A stretch of DNA of 64,000 bases from Lama guanicoe (taxonomy: Eukaryota), in NCBI GenBank assembly GCA_013239625.1, contig MU054220.1, forward strand, positions 310,001 to 374,000, in the 5' to 3' direction. A model generated the notes under the pieces. The model did no database searches and was not told the DNA's origin. It was given only the letters and a program-made list of their open reading frames with translations. Made by a program: the position numbers and the translations under genes. This document shows positions 37,624 to 51,478 of this stretch, piece after piece (the first letter of the stretch is position 1; every line of letters begins with the position of its first letter).

Positions 37624-38290
37624 TGCTGCTGAAAGATCAGCCCCGGTCCCTGACGAGCCAAATAACTCAGAGACAAGGTCTTGAGCTTAGAAGAGAAGAG
37701 GCAGCCTTATTTCTTTGCCGGGCAAAGGGGGCCTCACAGCAGGTTAGTGCCTTCAAAACCGTGAACCCACCTCGGGGATGGGGTGGGGTGATTATACAGC
37801 CATAGCTTAAACAAAGATAACAGAAAACAAAATCATGTTTCTTGTCACAAGATTTCTTGGCTTCAGGACATTTTCAGGCAACAGATCTATAGAGACTGGT
37901 GGTTGCAATTCCTCCAATCTTTTCATTTCACAAACCCTTGCAGCATGTTTCTTTGTTGACAAATTAGCCTATTTGGCAGGGTTACAGTTCCATGACCTTC
38001 TTCCTGGAGAACGACTCAGAAGCCAAACAGGACTATAAATTTTAATTGCTAGAGTAAAGTAAAAATAACTAATAACTTTAAATCTTTAAAACTTTAAAAC
38101 TTAAAAAAATAACTTTAAGAATAACTTTAAAACTTTAAAAAAAAATCAGTGACTTTAGCTTTAACAATGGGCCTGGGGCTGGGAGCAGTCTCCTGTCGGT
38201 CAGGTTTGCTGAGCATTCTAAGACCAAGCATCAAGCATAAAGCCAAGAATTTGTTAGCCTAAGTGTGGCCATTTCATTACTCCTCCTTCA
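37624..38290 (-). mobile_element. Solo ERV1-type LTR, 667 bp, specific to unit B
   Basis: TG...CA termini with perfect 4-bp TSD CTAC (37620-37623, 38291-38294); empty site aaagcactaccttttc at ~48322. Confidence 0.9.
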
Positions 38291-38775
38291 CTACCTCTTC
38301 AAATCCTTGTTCGAAGGAGTTCAGGAAATACAAAAAAACAGAAAACAAAAACCAAACAAACAGAAAACATTGTTTTTATTCCTTAGGCTTTAAATGTAGT
38401 AGAAAAATTCCTATAGGAATAAAATAAATGTAATTCAGAAAAGAGTGCATTATTTAGAAAATATAAAGGAGTCACAAAGTCAGTGAAATCTCTGTGGATG
38501 ATTTGTGGTTGGAGGATGAGAACAGGAGGATGTGAGGCGAGGAAAGCAGCCTTGAAAGGCAGCACTGACAAGCGTGTTACCACGTCATCACGTTCATAAT
38601 AGCTAAAGAGTCTAAACACGTCCAGTGTCCATCCAACTGAAGGATGAGTCAACAAATGTGATATAACAATGAAATGAACTAGTATCGTGCCAGATAATGA
38701 AACTAAATTCTGACACATGGAACAACATGGATGAATTTTGGAAATATTTTCCTCAACGGAAAAAGTCTGATGGGG

Positions 38776-38808
<33 letters not shown>

Positions 38809-39328
38809 GCATGATTCTGCTTGTACGAGATGGCCAGAGTACATGAACACATAGAATTAGTGGTTGTTTGGGGCTAGGACAGAGGGAGAAGGAGCGAGAG
38901 GTACTGGTATGGGTTTCTCACTGGAGAGATGAAAATGTTCTGTATTTAGATAGTGTTGATGGCTGAACAGCCAGGAAAATAAATTAAAATACAAAGAACT
39001 GCATGCATTAAAAGGGTGGATTGTATGTTATACATATTATATTTCAATGAAAAAGAAAATACGATCAAAGTATAACATTAGTCCTAAAGGAGGTAATGCA
39101 GGGGAATGTTTCAAAACCACAATGAACAAGCCAAAGGCACTGGAAAAGGTTAAGGAGGGATCTACTTGAGTGTCACTACGTTTCCTCTTTGACTAGAGAA
39201 GGAAGAGATGGCTTCAGGGCAACTGGGAAGCAGACCGTAAAAATAATTAGCAGTTTTCTTCCCACCATAGATCGACTGTTGACTACAGTGAAGCGTTAAA
39301 GCTCAGCCTTTGCGAAGCTGTTTCTGGG

Positions 39329-39494
39329 TTCACAGGGGACACCCAGCAGCAGCAATATAATTACTGAAGTGTTTACACAACACCAACGCCTGAGGGCAGC
39401 AGTGTCTACAGAGACTGAAGTCCCAGTGTACCTGCTACAACAAAGTGCCACCTGCCTGTTGCTCAGCTGCCCAGACCTCCTCATCTCAGGTAGG
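39329..39494 (+). promoter_or_regulatory. Candidate promoter/exon 1 of OR5W copy B
   Basis: TTCACAGGGGA, TAATTA and donor CAG|GTAGG. Confidence 0.5.
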
Positions 39495-40776
39495 ATTTGA
39501 GGTCCTCAGCTAAAGAAAATAGGAGAAAAACTTAACTTTTTGAGAAAAAGTCAAAGAGATTTGTAAATGACAACTATACGCTTGCTCACTCAATTAAATG
39601 AACTCTGCCTTTAACTGCTAGAAATGATATTTATTTCTCAGAATGGGAAGAATCTGTCTGAGCTAGTTAATAGCCATAATATAACATCTGATTTGATTTT
39701 GCTGTTGGTTCACAGGAAAGATTTTATTGCTTTTATCTTCAGACAAGGATATACATCAGTTTAAGGTGAGTTTTGTTTTGCTTTGTTTTGTTTAAAATGT
39801 AAGGTAGGTACCACAAGAAAAATGAAGCTGTGCAAATGCATATGCCATATTTACTTAGGTCTAAAAGCCCATTACTTATATTCTATTCTTATATACATTT
39901 AAAAAAATACACATGTAAACACATGACCCACACATAATTACACACATATACAAGCGAGTGAAGTCTGTGTATCTTAGAAGCATTTACTGTCCCTAATCTC
40001 ATTTCCACTTTATAATAGTAAAGCCCATTTAAAAATCCAAGTGTATGTGTTAAATTGCATTGTTTTCAATTCCTTTTAGTTCTTTTCCTCTACTGATCAA
40101 GAGACTCATCCTTTGACAATCACTCCACCAAAAAGATTATGAATATGATGGCAAAGCAATAAAACATTTCTAGAAAGAGTTGATAATACTTATTTCATGT
40201 CTCACCGACTAGTAAACACAACATAAGTTAAAACCAGAAACATAATTCTTTTCATTATTAGCAGTCAGGGATATGTGCATTAATTCTGGAATTAATACAA
40301 ATACTCTCAAGACAATCTTTGAGAAAGAAAAAAAAACTCATCAATTTTGGTATCCACGTGAATATTTTCAAGCATGGAAAACGTTAGTCTTATATCTTAT
40401 AGCTCAGTATCTCTGATACTGGTGTCTCTTCCGTATTATTTTGGAGAGAAGGAGAGAGGTAAATTCACCCAGTCTACTCCCTGAGACAAGCAGACACAGA
40501 GCTTGTGGAGAGTAACATATCTCATGGATGATGTCTAGATTTATCTCAAAGTTTCTCCAGCATCCATCCCAGACCCTTTCACTTAGTGTGGACTAGACAG
40601 TGATGTCTCTTTAAAGCGTGGGTACATGACTGGATAATAGTCTGAGTATAAAAAGACAATTTACATAAAGAAGTTGTGTCCTACCTTACAATAGTGTGTG
40701 GATGTCCAGAAATGTTACACATGTATCTATCATTTTCTCAGAATTTTCTCAAAAGCCTGGACAAGAACCTTGAAGA

Positions 40777-41708
40777 ATGGATAGAGGGAATTGCTCGTCC
40801 TTGACTGAATTCATCTTCTTGGGAATCACTCATAACACTGAGAACAAAGTGATCCTATTCACCATGTTTCTACTTGTTTATCTCCTTAGTCTCTTGGCCA
40901 GTCTTGGAATGATCATCCTAATTAGACTGGATTCCCAGCTGCACACACCCATGTACTTTTTCCTCAGCCACCTCTCTTTCTGTGACCTCTGCTATTCCAC
41001 AGCAATTGGACCCAAGATGCTGGTGGAGGTATTCGCCAAGAACAAATCAATCCCCTTCGTTGGCTGTGCCCTGCAGTTCTTGGTCTTCTGCATCTTTGCA
41101 GATTCTGAGTGCCTCCTGCTGGCCGTGATGGCCTATGACCGGTACAAGGCCATCAGCAACCCCCTGCTCTACACAGTCAGCATGTCCGGCAGCGTGTGCT
41201 CCCTGCTCGTGGCGGGGGTGTACCTGGTGGGGATGGCGGATGCTTTGATACACACGACGTTAGCCTTCCGCTTATGTTTCTGTGGCTCAAATGAGATTAA
41301 CCATTTCTTCTGTGATNNNNNNNNNNNNNNNNNNNNNNNNNNNNNNNNNNNNNNNNNNNNNNNNNNNNNNNNNNNNNNNNNNNNNNNNNNNNNNNNNNNN
41401 NNNNNNNNNNNNNNNNNNNNTCCTTGTCTCGTTATATCATCCTAGCAGTGCTGAGGATGCGCTCAGCTGAGGGGAGGCTCAAAGCTTTCTCCACCTGCTC
41501 CTCCCACCTAACTGCTGTGGCCATTTTCCAGGGGACTCTTCTCTTCACGTATTTCCGGCCGAGTTCTTCCTACTCTCTGGATCAAGACAAAATGATCTCA
41601 TTGTTTTACACCCTAGTGATTCCCATGTTAAACCCTCTGATTTATAGTCTCCGGAACAAGGATGTAAAAGAGGCTCTGAAAAACCTGAAAAATGAAAGGT
41701 GGTTTTAA
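40777..41708 (+). pseudogene. OR5W2-like copy B; spans an N gap and has an apparent 5-bp deletion after it (pseudogene or assembly artefact)
   Basis: The 5' part 40777-41316 and 3' part to TAA 41708 align to the paralogues. After the gap, tccttgtctc|gttat lacks the ttact seen in the other copies. Confidence 0.65.
41317..41420. other. Assembly gap (104 N) inside OR5W copy B
   Basis: N run; the paralogous interval in copy A (30234-30333) is 100 bp. Confidence 0.99.
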
Positions 41709-44700
41709 AGGTGTGAATTATACACACATATTGTTTGTTGTTTTTGTAAAATCATATTGCATGATACAAGGTGAGGTTGTCTTAGATACTTTAGATTAAT
41801 GAATATTTGTTATAAAGCCCAATTTTAAGAAATGTTACAGTTCCCAAACAGAGCGTTCTTCATTATATGTCTACAATTTATATAAGACACTTCCTCTTCA
41901 TTGAAAACTTTTCAGGAGTTTGGTAATTTTGCTAAAATTCATTGTTCATTCTTTCATTCAAACAATATTTCAATTACCCAAATACATATTGTGGGTTTAC
42001 TAGGAGATCTTTGAACTTTAGGTCCTTTATAGTCTATGATACACAATGCAGTTCTCATCCTAATGAATAAAAGATAATGCTAATAACAAGCATTAATTAA
42101 CTAAACAGCCAAATAAGTCATAATAAGTCTCAAAGTCATCATGAAATTAAAAAAAATGAACAAACATGAGAGCTGTGAATCCAAAGTAAAATTTCTAAAA
42201 CTAATGAAAAAGAACAGAATTTTTGGATAGAGATATTCAATCTTAAATCTAAAGAAGTTTGAAACTGGGACATAAAAGCATAGTAGGCGTTGGATCTGAC
42301 AATTAGGCAAGTCCTGAGTCAGATAAGCCCAAGTCTTTCAGGAAGAAAGAGACCACATTTGCCCCAACAGGGAGGAGCCGTGGGCACTGTGCTAAATGAA
42401 GTACGTCAGACAGAGGAAGAGAAGCACTGTACGGCCTCATGTATCATTTGAATCTAATACAGACTCAGAGAGAGTGCACACACTTCCTGTTATATGCTTA
42501 ATATGTTCCGGTGATCTAATGGACATGTGACTCTAGTTAACAACGATTTATTAAAATTTGCTAAGAGTAGATCTTCAATGTTCTCATCACACACACACTA
42601 AAAAGGGTAACTATGTGAAGTAAAAAAAATGTGCTAAGTAATCTTCTTGCGGAAATCATTTCATAATGTATACATTTATCACATCATCACACTGTATATC
42701 TTATAGACCATTTGTCAATTTTATATGAATGAAGCCAGGAACAAACGAAGAAAGGCTTCAAAGTTGAGGTTAGAAGGGCCAATGGGAGGCTCCTGGTAAA
42801 TTCCTCTTTGCGTGTAATTACCGACTGTTAATTCTTCTGTCACTTCCCCCAAGATAATTGCCTTCCCTTCTTTCCCCTTCTCAGCCCTGGTTGAATGTCC
42901 CTCTTTGTCTCTTTCTGTTTCACAAACAACCATCTACTTAAAGCATTGTATCAGCCTTTTTGTGAGCATGCTTTGCTAAAGGGCTGAGCATTCCATCCCT
43001 GTTTCCAAAACACTGCATGTTGTCTGGGAAACGATGGGAAAATAATCAAATACAGAATAAACTAAAAACACCAGATAATACTTTCGAGTGATTGTAACTC
43101 ATGAACACAATATTAATAGAGTGATGGTATACCTTAAAGTTACATGTGTGTATATATATATATATATTATATAATACAGTGTATAAATAGTATGCATATA
43201 CACAACAGTTTTTGGGATTGTACATAAAGTAATGGAGACTCTAAAATAAAGGATCTGTAAAGATATGCATATTAATTACAAACAAGTAAAGAGGTGTGTA
43301 TTTTTGGTATTTGACTATTTGATCAGAATTTAATCTTATTTCCTGAAGGCTAAAGCACTCAATCTGTTTGTTGAGAAAGTGTGGATGTGGCCACATATTT
43401 GAAAAATCACGTAAGACTGAAGGACATTAATTACCCATCACAATTGTAAAAGCTAAAAGCCACTGAAGGCCTTAGGTTTTCCAGCTGCCACTGTGAAACG
43501 TCCGTACCTGGAAATATTTTGTAATGAGAATAAAGCCTAAGAAAGTCCTGTGTCATTCAGGGTGGTATTTGTGAGACACTGTGACATACTCGGGAAAGAT
43601 TTTATGGTGGAAAAAAACCTACAAAGAATTCTTGTTTTAGATAAAAGTTGTTAAAAGTCTCTCTCCGGCACATTTCATCAATTCTCCCAAACTCTTTAGG
43701 AATTGGGGCTTATGAGCAACTATAACATGGCAGAAGAACACTGTCTGAAACATACTAAAGTCCAAGCAAAATAGGCTGTGAAGAGATTGCCATGAATTTA
43801 AAGATTATAACACATTGTTCAATTAACCATTTCCATCATATAAATGACATTTACTACAACTAAAGACCGATTTGATCTAAATATTGGCTCATTTTGTTGC
43901 ATCTAGTTGTAAGCTGCAAAAAGCCAGTTATGGAAGTATTTTTAAGGAATTCATAACTCAAATAAAAGTTTGAGCAGGTATGTGTAATAACTACTCTATC
44001 TTGGGATTCTACAAAACAGGAAATCCACACTGAAGACTTGGATGCTTTCTAACCTGCCTACTTCACTCCTCATTAGTATACTTTCTTCTCAGTGTCTCCA
44101 CATCACATCCTTCTCATACACCCACCCCTGTCTGATGGCAAATATTGTCCAAATGCAACATCACCAATGACCTTGTGTAGTGGGTTCATACTACAGGCAA
44201 GTTCCTATATCCTGACCTCTTCCTACATCCTTGCCATTGAAATACTTAAGTATAAATACAGCATAACAATGGTAGATGTGAGTCTATATCTAAGGCAGAG
44301 AACAGAGTGATATAACAAGGTTAATAGGCTGTATATCTATTTTTGTAGAAAACAGAGTAGCAAGGATTTTCAATAACCCACTAAGTAGGAAGTTCTGTGC
44401 TAAAGTCAGAGACAGCAACATTTAACCTCCCTGGACATCTCTCTCTTTAGAACTGTGCTGGGAACAGGTAGCATGGCCACTCTAAATTTAACTCATCCCT
44501 CTTCCTTTCTATCCCTTGGATTCCCCCAAGTGAAATAGAAACTTGTCAACCAGATTGTCTGTTTCCTTCCAGCTGACACAATCTGTCCCTATAAAATATG
44601 ACTCCTGCTGTGTAAATCCATCCAGGCATTGGAAATGGTATGAAAAAGGTTAAAAAAAAAGAGTCACTTCATTCTCAAAAAACACAATGTGCTTTCATCT

Positions 44701-47700
44701 AGGCTGTGTTATCCTGAACCAGTGATGTCACGAAGCCATCTCGATAGTGTGAGCTTCAGAAAGCCAATCTCCCTTAAACATGATCCTTTTGAGTGGCCTA
44801 TTATTCAAATTCAGAATCTTACAAACTCTCATAGAGATGAATTATCAACCTTATTAGCACTGCAAGAAAGAAAAATAAAATGTTACCAGTACATAAAAGT
44901 ATGGCAGGTTGTAAATAACTGAATTATCAGTTGTTGGTGACAATGTGGAACAACCATGGCTTTTACACTTTAACACTAGAATGATATTTGTCACTGCACT
45001 TTGTAAAAGTCTAAGCTGACTTCACTAGAGCTGGACATATAAATACCCTTTGACTCAAAAATCCCATTGTTAGAATTAAACGCAAGAGAATAGAATGAAT
45101 ATGACCACCCAAAGACATGCACAAACATATCTTCCATTGCATTATTTGCAGTAATACAGACCTAAAAACAACTCAGACTTTTTCAACACATTAGATCAAG
45201 ACTTGACAAACTTTTCCTTAATGTGTTAAATGGCATATATGTTAGGGTTTTTAGCTTATAAACTGTCACATCCACTGCAGTTTGCCCTGTATCACAAAAG
45301 CAATTATGAGTATTATGTAAACAAATGGTGTGTCCCAGCTCCAGGAAAGTTTATGGGCCACTATTACTGATCACATCTCTAAATTAAATAACTACATGTT
45401 AAGTTTGTACCTAGGAAATCTACTGAATGATAAGGATGAAGGAACTACTTTGACATACAAGAGTATAGAGAAATTTCAGAAAAGAAATTTGAGCGAAAGA
45501 AGTCATACACAAAAATATAAAAGATGTATGATTTTACTACAATATATCTCAAAAATGTACAAACTAACACATCATATTGGACATCCATTTGAGATGGGTG
45601 TGGGAATAATTTCTGAGATGATCGTAATCGTCTTCCCTTGGTCCGGTTCTGGGTGCAGGAATCTTTTCATTCACGAAAATTTTCTTGTAGTGTACTTTTA
45701 CAGATGAAGGGTTTCTGTATGTGTATTACACTCAAAAAAGGATTTCTAAAAACTAAGTATATTCACTATTGGGGTGTAAGCAACTGTCAATTTTTTTTTA
45801 ATCTAATAGTTTCCTGTACCAGATTAAGTATTGATTATATATTTGTGAAATTGGTGTAGTGCTTCATTTCATAGAGTGTCTCAGTACATAGTTAACCTCT
45901 GTGTTACTAGAAGTGTTGCCTTGCTTGTGAAACTGTTAATACTGTCTTTATCCATCCACTGACACCCCTAGTCATTGTCCCAGCAGCAGGGAGACATAAG
46001 GAACTCTGGTGCCCCAACATGCACGGAACTTGTGTCACAAGACTCCAGGCTTTAGGAACAGAAAACTAGACTCTGAGGAAGGTACTTTTCTGGGTATAGA
46101 CATTTGCCTACACAGAATTCTTTTAGTGTCACCAGGGACACCAGGAAAACCCTAAGCATTTATATTTTTTCCTCATTTGTTTATATTTGAGGAATACATT
46201 TTCTCCTTAAGACATGTTTTTCAATTATTCAGTTTTTTTATTTTTAATGAAAACACAAATCCCACTGGGAGATACTTCAGGTTATTCAAATTAAAATAAT
46301 AATGTAGTTACCCAACTCAAGTTTGAATTTTTGGATGAGGGTAGATTGAAGGGATGTTAGCCCACACGGTCTTGAGGAGAAGCACTGTTAAAAAGGGAAA
46401 GCTAGGTTCCGGCTGAACAAAATGCAACTCAATGGATTTCTGAGTCTCAGAAGACAGAGAAGTCCATGAGGGAAAAATAACTTTGGATGGGAATAGAATT
46501 AGGTGACCAAGGATAATTCTACATACACCAAATTTGTACCAGAGAGATAATGATAGTGAAAGTTTGTTGTAACACAAATGCATCAGTTTCTCGATTTTAA
46601 CTGGCGGAAACTTACTATCAGTGGGTTATGTATTTTGAGCTTTGCCTCAACAATATCACCATAGGAGTACATTTATTTTAGTTTTGGGAAGGTCACTGGG
46701 ATGATCACATCAAGAATGATGATGATATGCAAAAAGACATTGAAAATTGTCATTGACAATCATTTAGACAAAATTAAAAATGTAATGTTATATTAATTTT
46801 AGCTTGATGAGTTTCCTAGTTTTATAGAAAAAAGGTAGGAAAAAACAAGAAACAAATAAAAGAAATAATCAGAAAAATAACCCAAACAAATAAGAAGAAA
46901 ACCTGTGTCCCTGTTAAATCCAAAGCAGATACAGATGAAACAGGAAATTATGTATAGTAACTTTTTAATTTTAGTTCATTTAACAGATGTTGTCACTTTA
47001 CTGTCATTATCCAAATAACTAAGGATGCTGTGCAAATTTCTACACATCAACTTACTGTTTATACATCTTGTTGGTGAGAGTATTTGTTTAATTACTTTGT
47101 ATAATTTTTATTAAGTAGTTTATTTTCTTATAATTGATGAGAGCTCCTCATATAGTTGGGGGACAAGATATATGGTTTTCAAATATTTTCTTCACTCTTT
47201 GGATTATATACGTAACAGTTAAAAAACAAAAACAAAAACAAAAAAATCCTTCTGAACATAGTTTCTCTGATGTATTTACCTACACTGTTCCAGTTTTCTC
47301 TTGCTACATAAATAGTGCTCTAAAACTACATAACTTAAAATAATGACCCCTGACTCAGTAATTTTTCACTTCCTCACGTGGACTGAGGTAAAGTACTCAG
47401 TGGAAAGATGGGCTCAACTGTCAGGCGACTCAGGTCTGGCACAGGACGAGGGTAGGTAGACAGATGGACTCAGATTCTCCCCTTCTCCCTCCATGGAATC
47501 TCAGAACTCATCACATGATATGTGTTCCGATGGTTAGCTGGATTTCCTACATGGTAGCACATGGCTTTCAGACACTGTCTTCTTCAAAGCTAGATAGACT
47601 CAGAAGGGACTTAATAATGGTTCTGCCAATTTCTGTTGGTCAAAGCAGGTAAAGTATGGCAAATATTCAAGGGAGGAGAAATAGGCACTGTCTCTCTAAG

Positions 47701-49107
47701 GAAAAATGTGTAAATAGCGTACAGTTATCTTTAAGCTGCCCTGTCATTAGCCCATTGTAGAGCTCTGTAATTACTAATTTCAGATTGGCTTATTCCAGCT
47801 TTTAATATTCTAATTAAATTTATGAGCATGAGCACAATCCTTTTTAGTTTGGTTGTGCATATACTTACAAAGCCAGTGAAAGAAGCAATACTTGAACAGT
47901 GCACATATAGAAGGGAGAGTGACAGACATTTTAATCTTTTAGGTCATGGTGAAGGAGGATTTGCTCTGAGGTCTTGGGGAGTAGCCCAGTTTCACCAGAT
48001 ACCAAGATGGCAGACCGAAGTTTGAGGAGTGTGGAGAATTCCACTGCTAGCTGTTGGGAAGATTAGAAGACACAAAACGGTGTTTCTAATGTTTCTTGAT
48101 TTTGTATAGAACTAACACGGATAACGGCAAACAAAATATTTTGAGGAAAAAAATGGAACTCTGATGATTTAGAAAAATCCTCATCCATGCAGTTTTTTAA
48201 ATGAGTCATCTATGCACATATGAGCTATCTCCATAGAAAAATCCCCAAATTGAGTACATTCTATTCTTTGTACATCATTCTCCTTTTTAGTAGACAGAAA
48301 TACTTAACAATAAATATTTATAAAGCACTACCTTTTCAAAGCTTGTACCAAGGAGGCCTGCAATGTAGTAAAGAGATTCTGAGATGAAAAAAATAAACAT
48401 AATTAAGAAAAGATTGCATTATTTAGAGAATGAGAGGGAGTCACAAAGTAAATGAAATGTTTATGGATGGTGTATGGTGGAAGGATGGGAATGAGATGAC
48501 GTTTGGTGATGAAATGTAACGTTGAAATGAATGTTATAGCATGATTATTTAAAGCAGCTAAAGAGTAGAAACAACCCAGAGTTCATCCCAGTGAATCAAT
48601 AAAATGTGCTATATCCATAAAATGAAAGGTTATTGCACCATTTAATGGAACAAAATTCTGGTATATGCAACAACACAAAGGAAAGTTGATAACAGTTTAC
48701 TGAATAGAAGCAGCCTGATTGGGAAAAATAAACAAACAAAAAACAAACAAACAAACAAACCCCAAAAAACAACCAAACAAAACCCTTCTATTGCATGATT
48801 CTGTTTATGTGCAATGGCTAGAATAGGAAACCACATAGAATCAGAATGTGGGTGAGTAGCTGTTAGGGCTGGGCTGGGGGAGATGGGGAGAGGGAAGGAG
48901 AATTTTTCAAAAACACAGTGAATGATCCAAAGGAGCTGGGAAGATTATGTCTGAGTGCCATTAGGTGTCTTCTTTGAGTTGAGAAGGAGATAGTCTCAGG
49001 GTCACAGTGAAACATACCATAAAAACAAACTGCAGTTTCCCCACTATAAATAAATTGGTGACAATAGTGAAGCATAAAAGCTCGGCCTTGGATAAGTTGT
49101 TCTGAAT

Positions 49108-49273
49108 TCACAGGGGACTATCCAGAAGCAGAAATATAATTAATGAAGTGTTTACACAGCACCAAAGCCTGAGGGCAGCAGTGTCTTCAGAGATTTAAGT
49201 CCCACTCTACCTGCTACAATAAAGTTCCACCTGCCTGTTGCTGGCCTACCCAGACCTCCTCATCTCAGGTAGG
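49108..49273 (+). promoter_or_regulatory. Candidate promoter/exon 1 of OR5W copy C
   Basis: TTCACAGGGGA, TAATTAATGA and donor CAG|GTAGG. Confidence 0.5.
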
Positions 49274-50545
49274 ATTCAAGGTCCTATTTTAAAGAATATA
49301 GGAGAAAAAAAAACTAATTTCTTGAGGAAGAAAATTGGTAAATGATGAATTTTTTGCCGGATTACTCATTAATACCTGCACATAATGGCTCAAAATATTT
49401 CCTTCTCAGAACAGGAACATCCACCATCTAACCTTTTACTTATTATTTTGTTGTTGGTTCACAGGAAAGCTTTCATTCCTTGTATCATTGGGTAAGTATG
49501 TCCGTGAATTAAGGTGTGTTTTGTTTTGTTTTATTGAAAAAATGAATGAGGGAACCACATTAAAAATACAAATGTGCAAATTCATATTTGAACCATATGC
49601 CGTATTTACTTAGGTCGAAGGAAAATTTCCATTGCTTGCGTTCTATCCTTACATACATCAAGAATAAATGGACGTGCAAACAGGGCACACAGATAAATGC
49701 AAATGTACATAAGAGGAAGAAATCTGTGAATTTTAACATCATTTATTGTCGCTCATCTCATTTCATTTTATAGTATAAAAGGCCAGTGACAATTAAAGTG
49801 AAGTAAATGTATGCTATAAATTCTATTGTTTTCAATTCCTTTTAGCTCTTTTTCTTCCACTGGTCAAGAGACTCGCCTCTGACAACGACCACTCCACAAA
49901 GAGGCAATGAATATGGTGGCAGAGCAATAATACATTTTGAGGAAACAAGTCAATAATACTAATTTCCTGCCTCAACAAATAATAAACACAGCATAAACTA
50001 AAACTAGCAATAAAATAAATTTTTATTATTGCTAGTCAGTGGTGTAGTCTCTGTTTCTGGAGCTAAGACACAGACTTTTAAACCAATTGTGTGTGTGTGT
50101 GTGTTGAAATATATAAAAATTGTTGTCTCTTTTTGTATTCCAGTAAGTATTTTCAAGCATGGACAATGTTTAGTCCTATACCTTATAGCCCAGTATCTCT
50201 AACATTAGTGTCTTTTCCATATTATTTTGAAGAGGTGAAGAGACGTAAATTCATTCAAATCTCCTCCCTGAGATAAAGAAAATAAGACATGACATCTAGA
50301 CGTCCAGATTTAGATCAGAGTTTCTCAGCTGTCTGTCCCAGACACTTTCACTTAGTGTGGAATAGACAGTGATGCCTCTTTAAAGAGTGGGTACATGACT
50401 AGATAATTTTCTGAGCATGCAAAGACAATTTACACAAAGAAGTTGTGTTCTACTTTACAATATTGTGTGGATGTCCAGAAGTATTACACATACATCTTTC
50501 ATTTTTGTATAGCTTTCTCAAAAGCTTGGACAAGAACCTTGAAGA

Positions 50546-51478
50546 ATGGATAGAGGGAATTGCTCGTCCTTGACTGAATTCATCTTCTTGGGAATCACTC
50601 ATAACACTGAGAACAAAGTGACCCTGTTCTCCATGCTTCTACTTGTTTATCTCATTAACCTTGGGGCCAATCTTGGAATGATCACCCTAATTAGACTGGA
50701 TTCCAAGCTGCACACACCCATGTACTTTTTCCTCAGCCACCTCTCTTTCTGTGACCTCTGCTATTCCACAGCAATTGGCCCCAAGATGCTGGTGGACATA
50801 TTTGCCAAGAACAGATCAATCCCCTTCCTTGGATGTGCCCTGCAGTTCTTGGTCTTCTGTACCTGCGCAGATTGTGAGTGCCTCCTGCTGGCCGTGATGG
50901 CCTATGACCGGTACAAGGCCATCAGCAACCCCCTGCTCTACACAGTCAGCATGTCCGGCAGCGTGTGCTCCCTGCTCGTGGCGGGGGTGTACCTGGTGGG
51001 GATGGTGGATGCTTTGATACACACGACGTTAGCCTTCCGCTTATGTTTCTGTGGCTCAAATGAGATTAACCATTTCTTCTGTGATGTTCCTCCTCTCCTA
51101 TTGCTGTCTTGCTCAGATACACACGTCAATGAGTTGGTGATATTCACCGTTTTTGGCTTCATTGAACTGAGTACCATTTCAGGAGTCCTTGTCTCTTACT
51201 GTTATATTATCCTGTCAGTGTTGAAGATCCACTCTGCTGAGGGGAGGTGCAAAGCTTTCTCCACCTGCACCTCCCACCTAACTGCTGTGGCCATTTTCCA
51301 GGGGACTCTGCTCTTCACATATTTCCGGCCAAGTTCTTCCTACTCTCTGGATCAAGACAAAATGATCTCATTGTTTTACACCCTTGTGATTCCCATGTTA
51401 AACCCTCTGATTTATAGCCTACGGAACAAGGATGTGAAAGAGGCCTTAGAAAAATTGAAAAATAAAATATGGCTTTAA
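50546..51478 (+). CDS. Olfactory receptor OR5W2-like, copy C, intact, 310 aa
   Basis: Full OR motif set; near-identical to copies A and D. Acceptor tttttgtatag ends at 50512. Confidence 0.95.
   Translation: MDRGNCSSLTEFIFLGITHNTENKVTLFSMLLLVYLINLGANLGMITLIRLDSKLHTPMYFFLSHLSFCDLCYSTAIGPKMLVDIFAKNRSIPFLGCALQFLVFCTCADCECLLLAVMAYDRYKAISNPLLYTVSMSGSVCSLLVAGVYLVGMVDALIHTTLAFRLCFCGSNEINHFFCDVPPLLLLSCSDTHVNELVIFTVFGFIELSTISGVLVSYCYIILSVLKIHSAEGRCKAFSTCTSHLTAVAIFQGTLLFTYFRPSSSYSLDQDKMISLFYTLVIPMLNPLIYSLRNKDVKEALEKLKNKIWL

Noticed and set aside
38068..38140. Short repeated units that might suggest an array
   Set aside because: AT-rich slippage repeat inside an LTR with no unique spacers; not CRISPR-like, and the DNA is mammalian.
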